This document shows, piece by piece, positions 22,408 through 27,669 of a DNA stretch of 32,000 nucleotides. The translations under genes were made by a program, and so were the position numbers. This DNA comes from Dickeya solani IPO 2222. Its GTDB lineage: Bacteria > Pseudomonadota > Gammaproteobacteria > Enterobacterales > Enterobacteriaceae. Numbering within the stretch: the first letter of the stretch is position 1; every line of letters starts with the position of its first letter. The notes under the pieces were generated by a model. The model did no database searches. It had not been told where the DNA came from and saw nothing but the letters and a program-made list of their open reading frames with translations. The DNA is taken from contig NZ_CP015137.1 in the NCBI RefSeq assembly GCF_001644705.1, positions 900,001 to 932,000 of the forward strand, in the 5' to 3' direction.

Positions 22408-23484
22408 TTAAAAATCGTCGTTGAGTTCGCCAGCGGCTTCTTCATCGTACTCAGCGCTTTTACCGCTAACACCCGGCACGGCTTCATTATCTTTGTGCAG
22501 CAACATTTCGCGCAGTTTCTTGTCGAGTTCGACGGAGATAGTCGGATTTTCCTTCAGGAAATTGCAGGCGTTAGCCTTGCCCTGCCCAATTTTATCGCCA
22601 TTGTAACTGTACCAGGCACCGGCTTTCTCAATCAGTTTGTACTTCACGCCCAGATCAACCAGCTCACCGTAGGTATTGATCCCTTCGCCATACAGAATCT
22701 GGAATTCGGCCTGTTTGAACGGTGCGGCAACCTTGTTCTTCACGACTTTGACGCGAGTTTCGCTCCCGACGACTTCTTCGCCTTCCTTAATCGAGCCGAT
22801 GCGGCGGATATCTAGACGGACGGAAGCATAGAACTTCAGCGCGTTACCACCGGTCGTGGTTTCCGGGTTACCGAACATGACGCCAATCTTCATACGAATC
22901 TGGTTGATAAAGATCAGCAGCGTATTGGATTGTTTCAGGTTACCGGCCAGTTTGCGCATAGCCTGGCTCATCATGCGCGCTGCCAGTCCCATATGCGAAT
23001 CGCCGATTTCCCCTTCGATCTCCGCTTTCGGCGTCAACGCCGCTACGGAGTCAACGATAATTACATCCACTGCGCCGGAGCGAGCCAACGCATCACAGAT
23101 TTCCAACGCCTGCTCGCCGGTATCCGGCTGAGAACACAGCAGATTGTCGATATCAACACCCAGTTTCTTTGCGTAGACTGGGTCCAGCGCGTGCTCAGCA
23201 TCGATGAACGCACAGGTTTTGCCTCCACGCTGCGCGGCCGCAATCACCTGCAGCGTCAGCGTGGTTTTACCAGAGGATTCCGGACCGTAGATTTCGACAA
23301 TACGCCCCATCGGCAAACCACCGACACCCAGAGCGATATCGAGCGACAGGGAGCCCGTGGAGATCGTTTCAACATCCATTGAGCGATCTTCGCCCAAACG
23401 CATGATAGAACCTTTACCGAATTGCTTTTCGATCTGACCCAGCGCTGCCGCCAGTGCCTTTTGTTTGTTCTCATCAATAGCCAT
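22408..23484 (-). CDS. recA: Recombinase RecA
   Basis: 358-aa [103 protein letters not shown]. Confidence 0.99.
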   Translation of the reverse strand: MAIDENKQKALAAALGQIEKQFGKGSIMRLGEDRSMDVETISTGSLSLDIALGVGGLPMGRIVEIYGPESSGKTTLTLQVIAAAQRGGKTCAFIDAEHALDPVYAKKLGVDIDNLLCSQPDTGEQALEICDALARSGAVDVIIVDSVAALTPKAEIEGEIGDSHMGLAARMMSQAMRKLAGNLKQSNTLLIFINQIRMKIGVMFGNPETTTGGNALKFYASVRLDIRRIGSIKEGEEVVGSETRVKVVKNKVAAPFKQAEFQILYGEGINTYGELVDLGVKYKLIEKAGAWYSYNGDKIGQGKANACNFLKENPTISVELDKKLREMLLHKDNEAVPGVSGKSAEYDEEAAGELNDDF

Positions 23485-23558
23485 TTCTACTCCTGTCGCG
23501 CAGCCTGCTGCTGCCTCTACGCTGTTGCTGATTCATGATTCACCGAACTGATGGCCGC

Positions 23559-23586
23559 ATTATACTGTATACTCATACAGCATCAA
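23559..23586 (-). promoter_or_regulatory. recA promoter with embedded LexA (SOS) box
   Basis: Minus strand reads TTGATG-CTGTATGAGTATACAG-TATAAT. The SOS box TACTGTATACTCATACAGCA lies at 23563-23582 (CTGT-N8-ACAG intact). The layout is the same as E. coli recA (cTTGATACTGTATGAGCATACAGTATAAT). Confidence 0.9.
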
Positions 23587-23593
23587 GCCCATT

Positions 23594-24082
23594 TTATAAA
23601 AATCTCTCCAGCAGCGTCCGCAGGGCAAACGCCACCGCTTGCAAACGAACGTCATGGCGATCGCCGTCAAACTGCATTCTTTGCGCCACACTGTTGCCGT
23701 TTTTATCGCTAAAACCAAACCACACGGTTCCCACCGGTTTGTCTGGCGTTCCGCCGTCCGGCCCGGCAATACCGCTGACTGATACGGCGACATCCGCACC
23801 GGAACGACTCAACGCCCCCGCCGCCATTTCGTTCACGACGTCGCGACTAACCGCGCCAAACTGCGTCAATGTGTTTGCCTGCACGCCAATCAGCGCCTGC
23901 TTGGCCTGATTACTGTAAGTCACAAAACCGTAGTCAAACCATGCCGAACTACCGGGCACATCCGTAATCGCCTTGGCCAGCCATCCGCCGGTACAGGACT
24001 CGGCACAGGTCATTTTCGCCTGACGCGCCTTCAGGCGTTCTCCCACCAGCGCGCTCAGTCGCAATACTTCAGTTTCTGTCAT
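23594..24082 (-). CDS. pncC: Nicotinamide-nucleotide amidohydrolase PncC (CinA C-terminal domain; YgaD)
   Basis: The track ORF runs to 24253, but alignment to E. coli PncC (MTDSELMQLSEQVGQALKARGATVTTAESCTGGW.AK.ITD..GSSAWF..GFVTYSN.AK) puts the start at ATG 24080-24082 (MTETEVLRLSALVGERLKARQAKMTCAESCTGGWLAK..). Confidence 0.9.
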   Translation of the reverse strand: MTETEVLRLSALVGERLKARQAKMTCAESCTGGWLAKAITDVPGSSAWFDYGFVTYSNQAKQALIGVQANTLTQFGAVSRDVVNEMAAGALSRSGADVAVSVSGIAGPDGGTPDKPVGTVWFGFSDKNGNSVAQRMQFDGDRHDVRLQAVAFALRTLLERFL

Positions 24083-24288
24083 CGCAGCACCCTGTTTTAT
24101 CCATCGCGGCTCAATAGTAATGAACCCATTATCCCTCAGGGTAGCACTTTTCCTCCCGCAACCCCGTTGCTTAACAGGAATGCGAGACAGTACGCAACAT
24201 GGCGCGGCTCTTTGTCTTATTATTGTCACCGTGCCTGTATATGATCGACACACAATAATAACGGCGATAGCGTTTTTAAGACATGCAT

Positions 24289-24309
24289 GCCCCGCCTCGG
24301 GGCTTTTTT
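24289..24309 (+). terminator. Orphan plus-strand intrinsic terminator
   Basis: GCCCCG-CCT-CGGGGC followed by T6. There is no plus-strand coding ORF upstream of it; only the ~200-nt pncC-divergent intergenic region. Confidence 0.6.
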
Positions 24310-24332
24310 ATTGGCGTAACGAGACGCAGCCG

Positions 24333-24618
24333 ATGATAACTCGCCAACTGACAACCGGTGATCTCGATGAATTTCGACGCATCTGGCTGGAAAATAACCG
24401 GGTATGGACGTGTTCGAGCCGGAGTTTCAATTATGCGCTATTGCCTATGCGCTATTGCCTATGCGCTATTGCCGCCTATGCCAGGCAAAGCGATGACGGT
24501 CATGAGCGATAACCACCCGGCTATCAGGCTTTACCAATGGCTGCGCTTTCGAGGTATTTCTCTCACCACCCCAACGGCAAATGAATCCCGACAGACGTGG
24601 TATCTGGACCTGAAATAA
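24333..24618 (+). pseudogene. Remnant of a GNAT-like N-acetyltransferase (frameshifted and internally truncated)
   Basis: Frame A (24333-24512) reads MITRQLTTGDLDEFRRIWLENN... Frame A+1 (to 24618) ends ..AMTVMSDNHPAIRLYQWLRFRGISLTT....WYLDLK, which resembles the GNAT C-terminal N..A..LY...GF motif. The two frames are separated by a 14-bp x3 repeat. The total span (286 nt) is too short for an intact GNAT fold. The family call is tentative. Confidence 0.45.
24432..24473. repeat. Perfect tandem repeat, 14 bp x 3 (TATGCGCTATTGCC)
   Basis: Read directly: units at 24432-24445, 24446-24459 and 24460-24473, followed by the related GCCTATGCC. Confidence 0.95.
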
Positions 24619-24983
24619 TGCTGGCCTGTCAGTTGACAGGCCAGTTGGGTAGGAAATCCCAGAAAGGAATGGCGCCCGAATTGCGAAATACCACTGGCTA
24701 CATGATGGATTAACACATCGGGCGAATCGACTTCACGATATACCTGTTGCTTTTCAAGCTGCTGTCGTACTGGCTGCTTCGTTTCCCGGTCACCGACTTC
24801 GGTAAGCGACCAAGGGTTACGTTGTTTGCCACCGTCCTGCAAACTCAAAATCCCTTGGGTATAAAAAACCTTGTTATCGGTGTTTCATCCCTGGAGGGTA
24901 ATTAACGCGACACTCTCCCATTCAGTCTTCGCATCTTGTTCTGCTTTGAGTGCGTTTTGTGACGATACCTTATTTTCTGGCAT
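24531..24983 (-). pseudogene. Unknown-function ORF interrupted by a single in-frame TGA (or a 32-aa small protein with a long 3' region)
   Basis: ATG at 24981-24983 gives MPENKVSSQNALKAEQDAKTEWESVALITLQG, then TGA (24885-24887). The same frame continues NTDNKVFYTQGILSLQDGGKQRNPWSLTEVGDRETKQPVRQQLEKQQVYREVDSPDVLIHHVASGISQ.. into the track ORF 24531-24848. The distance 24983-24848 is 135 nt (45 codons), so the frame is shared. I recognise no family. The 3' end overlaps the hairpin and the GNAT remnant, so the true end is uncertain. Confidence 0.45.
24621..24644. other. Perfect 11-bp-arm inverted repeat (hairpin)
   Basis: CTGGCCTGTCA-GT-TGACAGGCCAG, immediately after the GNAT-remnant stop (24616-24618). 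No clean T-run on either side. It may be a decayed terminator for one or both convergent remnants. Confidence 0.5.
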
Positions 24984-25001
24984 GTTCTTTTTCTCTTTTA
25001 T

Positions 25002-25028
25002 TTATCGGCGAGAAAATCAACAACCTTA
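25002..25028 (-). promoter_or_regulatory. Near-consensus sigma-28 (FliA) promoter
   Basis: Minus strand reads TAAGGTTG (25021-25028), an 11-nt spacer TTGATTTTCTC, then GCCGATAA (25002-25009). Consensus is TAAAGTTT-N11-GCCGATAA. The -10 element matches 8/8, the -35 matches 6/8, and the spacer is exact. It lies 19 nt upstream of ATG 24983. Confidence 0.65.
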
Positions 25029-25117
25029 ACCCAGAAAGAAAATATTTTTACTTCCCAGAATGATTATTCCCTACTGAACTATTGTCACATTGAAATATAG
25101 CGACTGTAGATAGATAT

Positions 25118-25143
25118 AAAAAAAAGCCCACCGACAGGTGGGC
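25118..25143 (-). terminator. Intrinsic terminator T1 of array unit U1
   Basis: Minus strand GCCCACC-TGTC-GGTGGGC followed by T8. Confidence 0.8.
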
Positions 25144-25210
25144 AAAGCTATTGGGTTTTTCAACAGCAAAGATTTAGTAGTACTGGCACGACAGCTATCC
25201 ACTGCCTGAA
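25118..25210 (-). ncRNA. Candidate small RNA, array unit U1 (unnamed family; 5' end approximate)
   Basis: Upstream box TAAGGTTA (plus coordinates 25238-25245) lies 127 nt from the T-tail. A second box TTTTCAGG lies at 25205-25212. The body contains CTGTCGTGCCAGT. Ends in T1. No ORF of 60 aa or more on either strand. Confidence 0.35.
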
Positions 25211-25317
25211 AATAAATTTACCCGTCATTCCTTAAAATAACCTTAGTTTTATATCACCATCATATAAATATTAATAAAAACGGCCATAGAAATAAAACAA
25301 CCCACTGTTGTTCAAGC

Positions 25318-25342
25318 AAAAAAAAGCCCACCAAAGGTGGGC
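25318..25342 (-). terminator. Intrinsic terminator T2 of array unit U2
   Basis: Minus strand GCCCACC-TTT-GGTGGGC followed by T8. It lies exactly 200 bp from T1. Confidence 0.8.
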
Positions 25343-25410
25343 AAAATGACACTATTCTCTGACATGAAGCATCCTGAAGACACAGGTTGGCGGCGTTCCG
25401 CCGCCTGATA
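25318..25410 (-). ncRNA. Candidate small RNA, array unit U2
   Basis: Box TAATGTTG (25437-25444) lies 126 nt from the T-tail. TTATCAGG lies at 25404-25411, followed by the 5' hairpin GGCGGCG-GAA-CGCCGCC, then the single-stranded-looking GTCAGAGAATAGTGTCATTTT, then T2. Confidence 0.35.
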
Positions 25411-25499
25411 AGAATCCTATTATATAAACATTAAGCCAACATTAGGAAAAACAAAAAACGATATTAAACTCGAAGCATCACTAGAAATGAAAGACGACT

Positions 25500-25528
25500 A
25501 AAAAAACAAAGCCCACCAAAAGGTGGGC
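25500..25528 (-). terminator. Intrinsic terminator T3 of array unit U3
   Basis: Minus strand GCCCACC-TTTT-GGTGGGC followed by TTTGTTTTTTT. Confidence 0.8.
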
Positions 25529-25592
25529 AAATACTATCTAATAATTTTAAAAAACCTGGTGTTTCGGCGCGGTAATATCATCACCTGCTGAT
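25500..25592 (-). ncRNA. Candidate small RNA, array unit U3
   Basis: Box TAAGGTTG (25617-25624) lies 124 nt from the T-tail. TTATCAGC lies at 25587-25594. The body contains CGCGCCGAAACACCAGG and TTAGATAGTATTT before T3. Confidence 0.35.
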
Positions 25593-25722
25593 AAAGTTAC
25601 ACCAGAGAGATTAAACCAACCTTAAAAAAAACAATTTACCTATTTATTTTTCGGCCGTTAAAAATAAAAAAAGAAAACCCAACTTGCGACAATAATCCCT
25701 GCCGTCATTATCATCAGAGAAC

Positions 25723-25746
25723 AAAAAGCCCATCAGACGATGGGCT
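25723..25746 (-). terminator. Intrinsic terminator T4 of array unit U4
   Basis: Minus strand AGCCCATC-GTCT-GATGGGCT followed by TTTTT(G). Confidence 0.7.
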
Positions 25747-25812
25747 AAATAAGAATGACAATCGAAAAAATTCCTTACTCTATAACATGGCACGGCAGTC
25801 AATTAACACTAA
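25723..25812 (-). ncRNA. Candidate small RNA, array unit U4 (most diverged)
   Basis: Box CAGGTTGG (25835-25842) lies 119 nt from the T-tail. CTTAGTG lies at 25807-25813. The body contains CTGCCGTGCCATG (compare U1). Ends in T4. Confidence 0.3.
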
Positions 25813-26043
25813 GTGAAAGTGTAACAGAAATCCGCCAACCTGCTCTGGCAGCGGTCATTATTCTTCTATTTTTGTGAGAATGCGCATCCTCCCCTGCCCG
25901 CTATCGGTAACGGCGGCCAGCACTCCGCTAAAACAGTTTTTTATTTCCTGCAGGTTTGCAGGTTTCCCCAGGCATCACGTACACTCGCCAGAAGACACGG
26001 CGACTCCCGCACAAGAAGGGGTTTACTCGCCTATTTCGAGCGG

Positions 26044-26088
26044 TTATGACAATACGTAATTATGACAATACGCAGTTATCACAAATAG
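26044..26088. repeat. 16-bp-period direct repeat spanning the SRPBCC start codon
   Basis: TTATGACAATACG-TAA / TTATGACAATACG-CAG / TTATCACAAATAG, i.e. two perfect 13-mers plus one degenerate copy. This creates two ATGs: 26046 in frame, and 26062 out of frame (an 8-codon dead end). Confidence 0.85.
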
Positions 26089-26645
26089 CAGAACAGAGTC
26101 TGTCTCAGGCAAATCCAGGAGGGGAAGACAACGTGCCACCCGCATTCTTACGTCGATCTGGCATAACGGATAATCACACCGATCGACTCAGTAGTTCATT
26201 GGTGATTTACCGCCCGGCGGATGTGCTGTTCGATTTGTGGCGCGACCCCAAAACGCTACCGGTGCTGATGAACCATGTCGCCCACATCGACATCATCAAC
26301 AGCACGGATTCTCTGTGGCGAATGAAAGCGCCGCTCGGCCAATATATCGAATGGCAAGCGCGTATCGTGGATGAGCAACCCGGCCAGTTTATTCACTGGT
26401 GCTCGCTGCCGGGCGCCAGAATCCCGAATGATGGGCGTCTCTCGTTTCGTCCCGACCCGCATAGTGACGGCACCAAAGTTACCCTCAGTATTCGTTTCGA
26501 TCCTCCGGGCGGTTTTTTGGGGCGCACCCTCAGCCAGGTGTTTCAACTGCTGCCTAAAGAGATGTTGCACAAAACGCTGCTGCGCTTTAAACAGATGGCG
26601 GAACAGCCCGCCGCTGGCGCAATGCCGCCACCTGATGGGCGTTGA
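26046..26645 (+). CDS. SRPBCC-superfamily protein (polyketide cyclase/dehydrase-like lipid/ligand-binding fold)
   Basis: The track ORF 25956-26645 is trimmed to ATG 26046 (MTIRNYDNTQLSQ..). The core ..IYRPADVLFDLWRDPKTLPVLMNHVAHIDII..SLWRMKAPLG..IEWQARIVDEQPGQFIHW.SLPGA.IPN.G.LSFRP...GTKVTLSIRF.PPGG.. fits the cyclase/dehydrase pattern I recall. It has a roughly 60-aa low-complexity N-terminal extension. Confidence 0.6.
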   Translation: MTIRNYDNTQLSQIAEQSLSQANPGGEDNVPPAFLRRSGITDNHTDRLSSSLVIYRPADVLFDLWRDPKTLPVLMNHVAHIDIINSTDSLWRMKAPLGQYIEWQARIVDEQPGQFIHWCSLPGARIPNDGRLSFRPDPHSDGTKVTLSIRFDPPGGFLGRTLSQVFQLLPKEMLHKTLLRFKQMAEQPAAGAMPPPDGR

Positions 26646-26673
26646 TTACCGTCTTTCTTCTTCAGACATTCAT

Positions 26674-26708
26674 AAAAAAACAGACGGCGGGAAAACCCCG
26701 CCGTCTGT
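26674..26708 (-). terminator. Intrinsic terminator of the cybB-like gene (also caps the convergent SRPBCC gene)
   Basis: Minus strand ACAGACGGCGG-GGTTTTC-CCGCCGTCTGT followed by T7. Confidence 0.8.
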
Positions 26709-26728
26709 CATATTGACATCCATCGATA

Positions 26729-27262
26729 TTATTTCTTGTCAGGCATCATCCGCAGCAACGTATCGTCGCGTACCACATAGTGATGATACAGAGCGGCTAC
26801 CGCATGGAGCCCAACCAGGAAATACCCGGCGTTGGCAATCAGTTCATGAATGTTCAGCAATGTCTCCTTGATACCTTCATCCGACTCGGCAGCAAACGGC
26901 ATCGCAATGCCGAACACCGACCAGTCGGCGCCGCGATAGTACATGCCCACCACACCCAACACCGGCAACGCCAGAAACATCAGATAAATAAAGCCATGCA
27001 CAGCATGGGACGCAATCACCAGCAGCCGTCCCGGCTGTGGCGTGATAGGCGGAGTCGGATAACGAAAGCGCTGCACAACCCGCAGGATCATCAACACCCA
27101 CACGGACACGCCACAGCTGTAATGAATAGTCGACATCAGCGCTCGCGCACTACTCCCGCGCGGAGCAAAACCACGCAGCTCCATAGCGGCATAAGTGACT
27201 ATCACCAGCAGCAACACCAGCCAGTGCAACACAATCTGAGATGAATGATACTTGGTCTTCAT
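26729..27262 (-). CDS. cybB: Cytochrome b561 family protein (CybB-like superoxide oxidase/quinone reductase)
   Basis: MKTKYHSSQIVLHWLVLLLVIVTYAAMELRGF.PR......M..IH.SCG.SV.VLM..R...R.RYPTPPI.P.P.., C-term HHY...D.TLLRMMP.K. Collinear with E. coli CybB as I recall it. The start at ATG 27260-27262 is preceded by GAAGGA. The track start at 27286 lies inside a palindrome. Confidence 0.8.
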   Translation of the reverse strand: MKTKYHSSQIVLHWLVLLLVIVTYAAMELRGFAPRGSSARALMSTIHYSCGVSVWVLMILRVVQRFRYPTPPITPQPGRLLVIASHAVHGFIYLMFLALPVLGVVGMYYRGADWSVFGIAMPFAAESDEGIKETLLNIHELIANAGYFLVGLHAVAALYHHYVVRDDTLLRMMPDKK

Positions 27263-27272
27263 GGAATTCCTT

Positions 27273-27292
27273 CTCTGTATGAGCATACAATC
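27273..27292. promoter_or_regulatory. LexA-box-like palindrome upstream of the cybB-like gene
   Basis: CTCTGTATGAGCATACAATC. The core CTGTATGAGCATACAA matches 15/16 of the E. coli recA SOS-box core CTGTATGAGCATACAG, with a mismatch in the distal CAG. The inner TGTATG-AG-CATACA is a perfect palindrome. It lies 11-30 nt upstream of the ATG. Confidence 0.35.
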
Positions 27293-27383
27293 AGTGTGTG
27301 AATATAAAACGCATACAGCCTAACTTCACTATCTTAAGCTAGCATTAGTTTTTAGCTGGTAGCAGTGAAACGTTCTTTTAGGC

Positions 27384-27414
27384 AAAAAAATCCCGCCTTA
27401 ATGGGAAGGCGGGA
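27384..27414 (-). terminator. Intrinsic terminator T5 (stand-alone unit between the LysE-family gene and the cybB-like gene)
   Basis: Minus strand TCCCGCCTT-CCCATT-AAGGCGGGA followed by T7. It lies about 255 nt downstream of the LysE-family stop, which has its own hairpin at 27641-27658. Confidence 0.75.
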
Positions 27415-27419
27415 AAATA

Positions 27420-27450
27420 ACTACTCTCTGACAATGACTACTCTCTGACA
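27420..27450. repeat. 17-bp-period tandem duplication (ACTACTCTCTGACA x2)
   Basis: Identical 14-mers at 27420-27433 and 27437-27450, which duplicates the conserved pre-terminator motif of unit U5. Confidence 0.9.
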
Positions 27451-27634
27451 GGGATGAATAACACAACATCAACAAGGGTTAAGACAAACATTACCAGTTG
27501 CAGTGTATAGAACTGTCATCCGTCAGTAATGTTGGTTGGCAGGATGTAAGTCGACTTTGACAGGGGTAACATCGTCGAATGGGGTCTGTCGGAAAGGAAA
27601 AAGGAACGGTAAAAAGCGCGTCTCAGGGCATACC

Positions 27635-27658
27635 GAGAAAGCGGTCAGCGCTGACCGC
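27635..27658 (-). terminator. Probable terminator hairpin of the LysE-family gene
   Basis: Perfect 18-bp palindrome GCGGTCAGCGCTGACCGC (27641-27658), 12 nt after the stop, followed on the minus strand by TTTCTC (a weak U-tract). Confidence 0.45.
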
Positions 27659-27669
27659 CCGCGCGCGTA

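Larger units (their letters stand above)
27384..27493 (-). ncRNA. Candidate small RNA unit U5, loosely related to array units U1-U4 (span includes the upstream box)
   Basis: Minus strand: box TAATGTTT (plus coordinates 27486-27493, 109 nt from the T-tail), then GTCAGAGAGTAGTCATT-GTCAGAGAGTAGTTATTTT directly 5' of the terminator (compare U2 GTCAGAGAATAGTGTCATTTT). No ORF. Confidence 0.3.

Noticed and set aside
24885-24887. The in-frame TGA as a selenocysteine codon
   Set aside because: I could fold no SECIS-like stem-loop from the 40 nt downstream (AACACCGATAACAAGGTTTTTTATACCC...). There is no Cys-homolog context and no selenoprotein family resemblance.
25568-25594. Plus-strand sigma-28 promoters using GCTGATAA (25587-25594) or GCCTGATAA (25402-25411) as -10 elements
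   Set aside because: The positions 11 nt upstream carry no TAAAGTTT-like -35 (CGCGGTAA in U3). These boxes are better explained as the reverse complement of the conserved TTATCAG box of the minus-strand units.
25640-25712. Type I toxin-like hydrophobic mini-ORFs in the array: minus-strand MIMTAGIIVASWVFFFYF (about 25655-25711) and VGCFISMAVFINIYMMVI in U1; plus-strand 40-aa MTIEKIPYSITWHGSQLTLSESVTEIRQPALAAVIILLFL at 25755-25877
   Set aside because: None has a Shine-Dalgarno sequence. None is conserved between units. The hydrophobic look is what T-rich DNA translates to. They remain a remote possibility only (Ibs/ShoB-like), worth a glance in ribosome-profiling data.
25318-25720. The array units as a CsrB/RsmB-like CsrA sponge (csrA is only about 6.5 kb away)
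   Set aside because: U2 has a few GGA motifs (AGGAT, CGGAA, CAGGATG), but U1, U3 and U4 have essentially none in loop contexts. CsrB-type RNAs carry many A(N)GGA repeats.
25118-25746. The four repeated GCCCACC/GGTGGGC hairpins as a CRISPR array or REP/ERIC-type element
   Set aside because: The repeats are only 7-8-bp stems with A/T-runs, spaced about 180-220 bp apart. That is far from the CRISPR geometry of 28-37-bp repeats and 30-40-bp spacers, and no cas genes are present. The strict strand polarity (T-run always on the minus strand) fits terminators better than REP palindromes.
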